DNA of 64,000 nt from Torpedo marmorata (lineage: Eukaryota): NCBI GenBank assembly GCA_977017645.1, contig OZ360235.1:43400001-43464000 (forward strand). The letters run 5' to 3'. The translations under genes and the position numbers were made by a program. Shown in pieces: positions 63,135 through 64,000 of the stretch (the stretch's first letter is position 1; the number at the start of each line of letters is the position of its first letter). Below the pieces are notes generated by a model. That model did no database searches, had not been told where the DNA came from, and was given only the letters and a program-made list of their open reading frames with translations.

Positions 63135-63654
63135 CTTTTAAAAGTAAGCAACATAAACTCATTGACATTCACACACCACTTTGTAAATGCATCTCTAAAC
63201 AGCAATGAGGTTATTGAGCATTTTTTTTTTAAACAGTGTAACAATTTAGGGGTTCACAATCACAAAACTATCATAGGCTGTATATTCAACATGTATAAAA
63301 GATATTAACATTATGGATGTATTCCATGAGGGAAGTGCATGTGAATACTTATGTACCCAATAGGAGTGGACCACCTGCTCCCTCCAGCCTGCTCTGCCAT
63401 TCCATATGATCGCGTCACCTCCTCTTCTGTGCCTGCTCTGCATCTTTTAAAAATGTATCAACCTCTTTCAATACTCCAACAATCTAACCTCCACAACCCT
63501 GTGGGGGGGAAAAAATTCCAGATTTACCACCCTCTGCATGATGCAATTTCTATGCGACTCATTTTTAAACGACTGCTGCTCTCTTGTAACTCATTTCCAC
63601 TCGTGTTGCTAATGAGGGGACATATCAATCTTGCCATGCCCCCTGAGATCTTAC

Positions 63655-64000
63655 TCACCAAGACCACCCATAAATTGGAGGAACAACACTTGATTTTCCG
63701 TCTGGGCACTTTCCAAACGGATGGCATTAACATCGACTTCTCCGGTTTCTGCTAACCTACTCTCTGTTCTCCCTCCCTTCCCTTCCCCTTTGCCTTCTTT
63801 CCTCTAGCTCTCCACCCCCTTCCCTCTCCATTCACTGAGCTTTCCCCCCTCCCCCTGCTTGCTGGTGTGCCCTCCCTCCCTCATCCACCAATTACCTCCT
63901 GCCTTTGGGACCGTGCTTCTCCCCCTGCCACCCCCCACCATTCTGTTCTGGCGCCTGCCTACATTTCTTCATACCGTGATGAAGGTCTCAAGCCTGAAAC
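63655..64000 (+). mobile_element. Penelope-like 3' fragment running off the window end
   Basis: KLEEQHLIFRLGTFQTDGINIDFSGF; ends in hammerhead-like GTGATGAAGGTCTCAAGCCTGAAAC. Confidence 0.85.

Overview
Eukaryotic (vertebrate) genomic DNA. The repeat families point to a cartilaginous fish (shark/ray); this is an inference from the SINE/CR1/Penelope types. The window holds a complete 9-exon ATP6V1E1 (V-ATPase subunit E1) on + (CDS 32640-45405, 226 aa). BCL2L13 lies head-to-head on - (five coding exons, 31056 down to 14661); its large terminal exon was not found and probably lies left of base 1. The two genes share a CpG-rich bidirectional promoter at about 31.9-32.7 kb. At the right edge is the probable 3' end of a convergent CECR2 on -. 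Most other sequence is transposon debris: CR1, Rex1/Babar, L1/Tx1, RTE, Penelope, tRNA- and Deu-SINEs, Tigger-like and hAT MITEs, and a solo LTR. Nearly all six-frame ORFs are TE fragments or noise. Most interesting observations: (1) Penelope termini with minimal hammerhead-ribozyme motifs in the sense orientation of BCL2L13 introns; (2) an L1 with a twin-priming-type 5' inversion and a nested second L1, both with TSDs; (3) a chain of unexplained exon-like segments between ATP6V1E1 and CECR2, where mammals have SLC25A18; (4) several chimeric non-autonomous elements. No prokaryotic-type systems, CRISPR arrays or rRNA/tRNA genes were seen.
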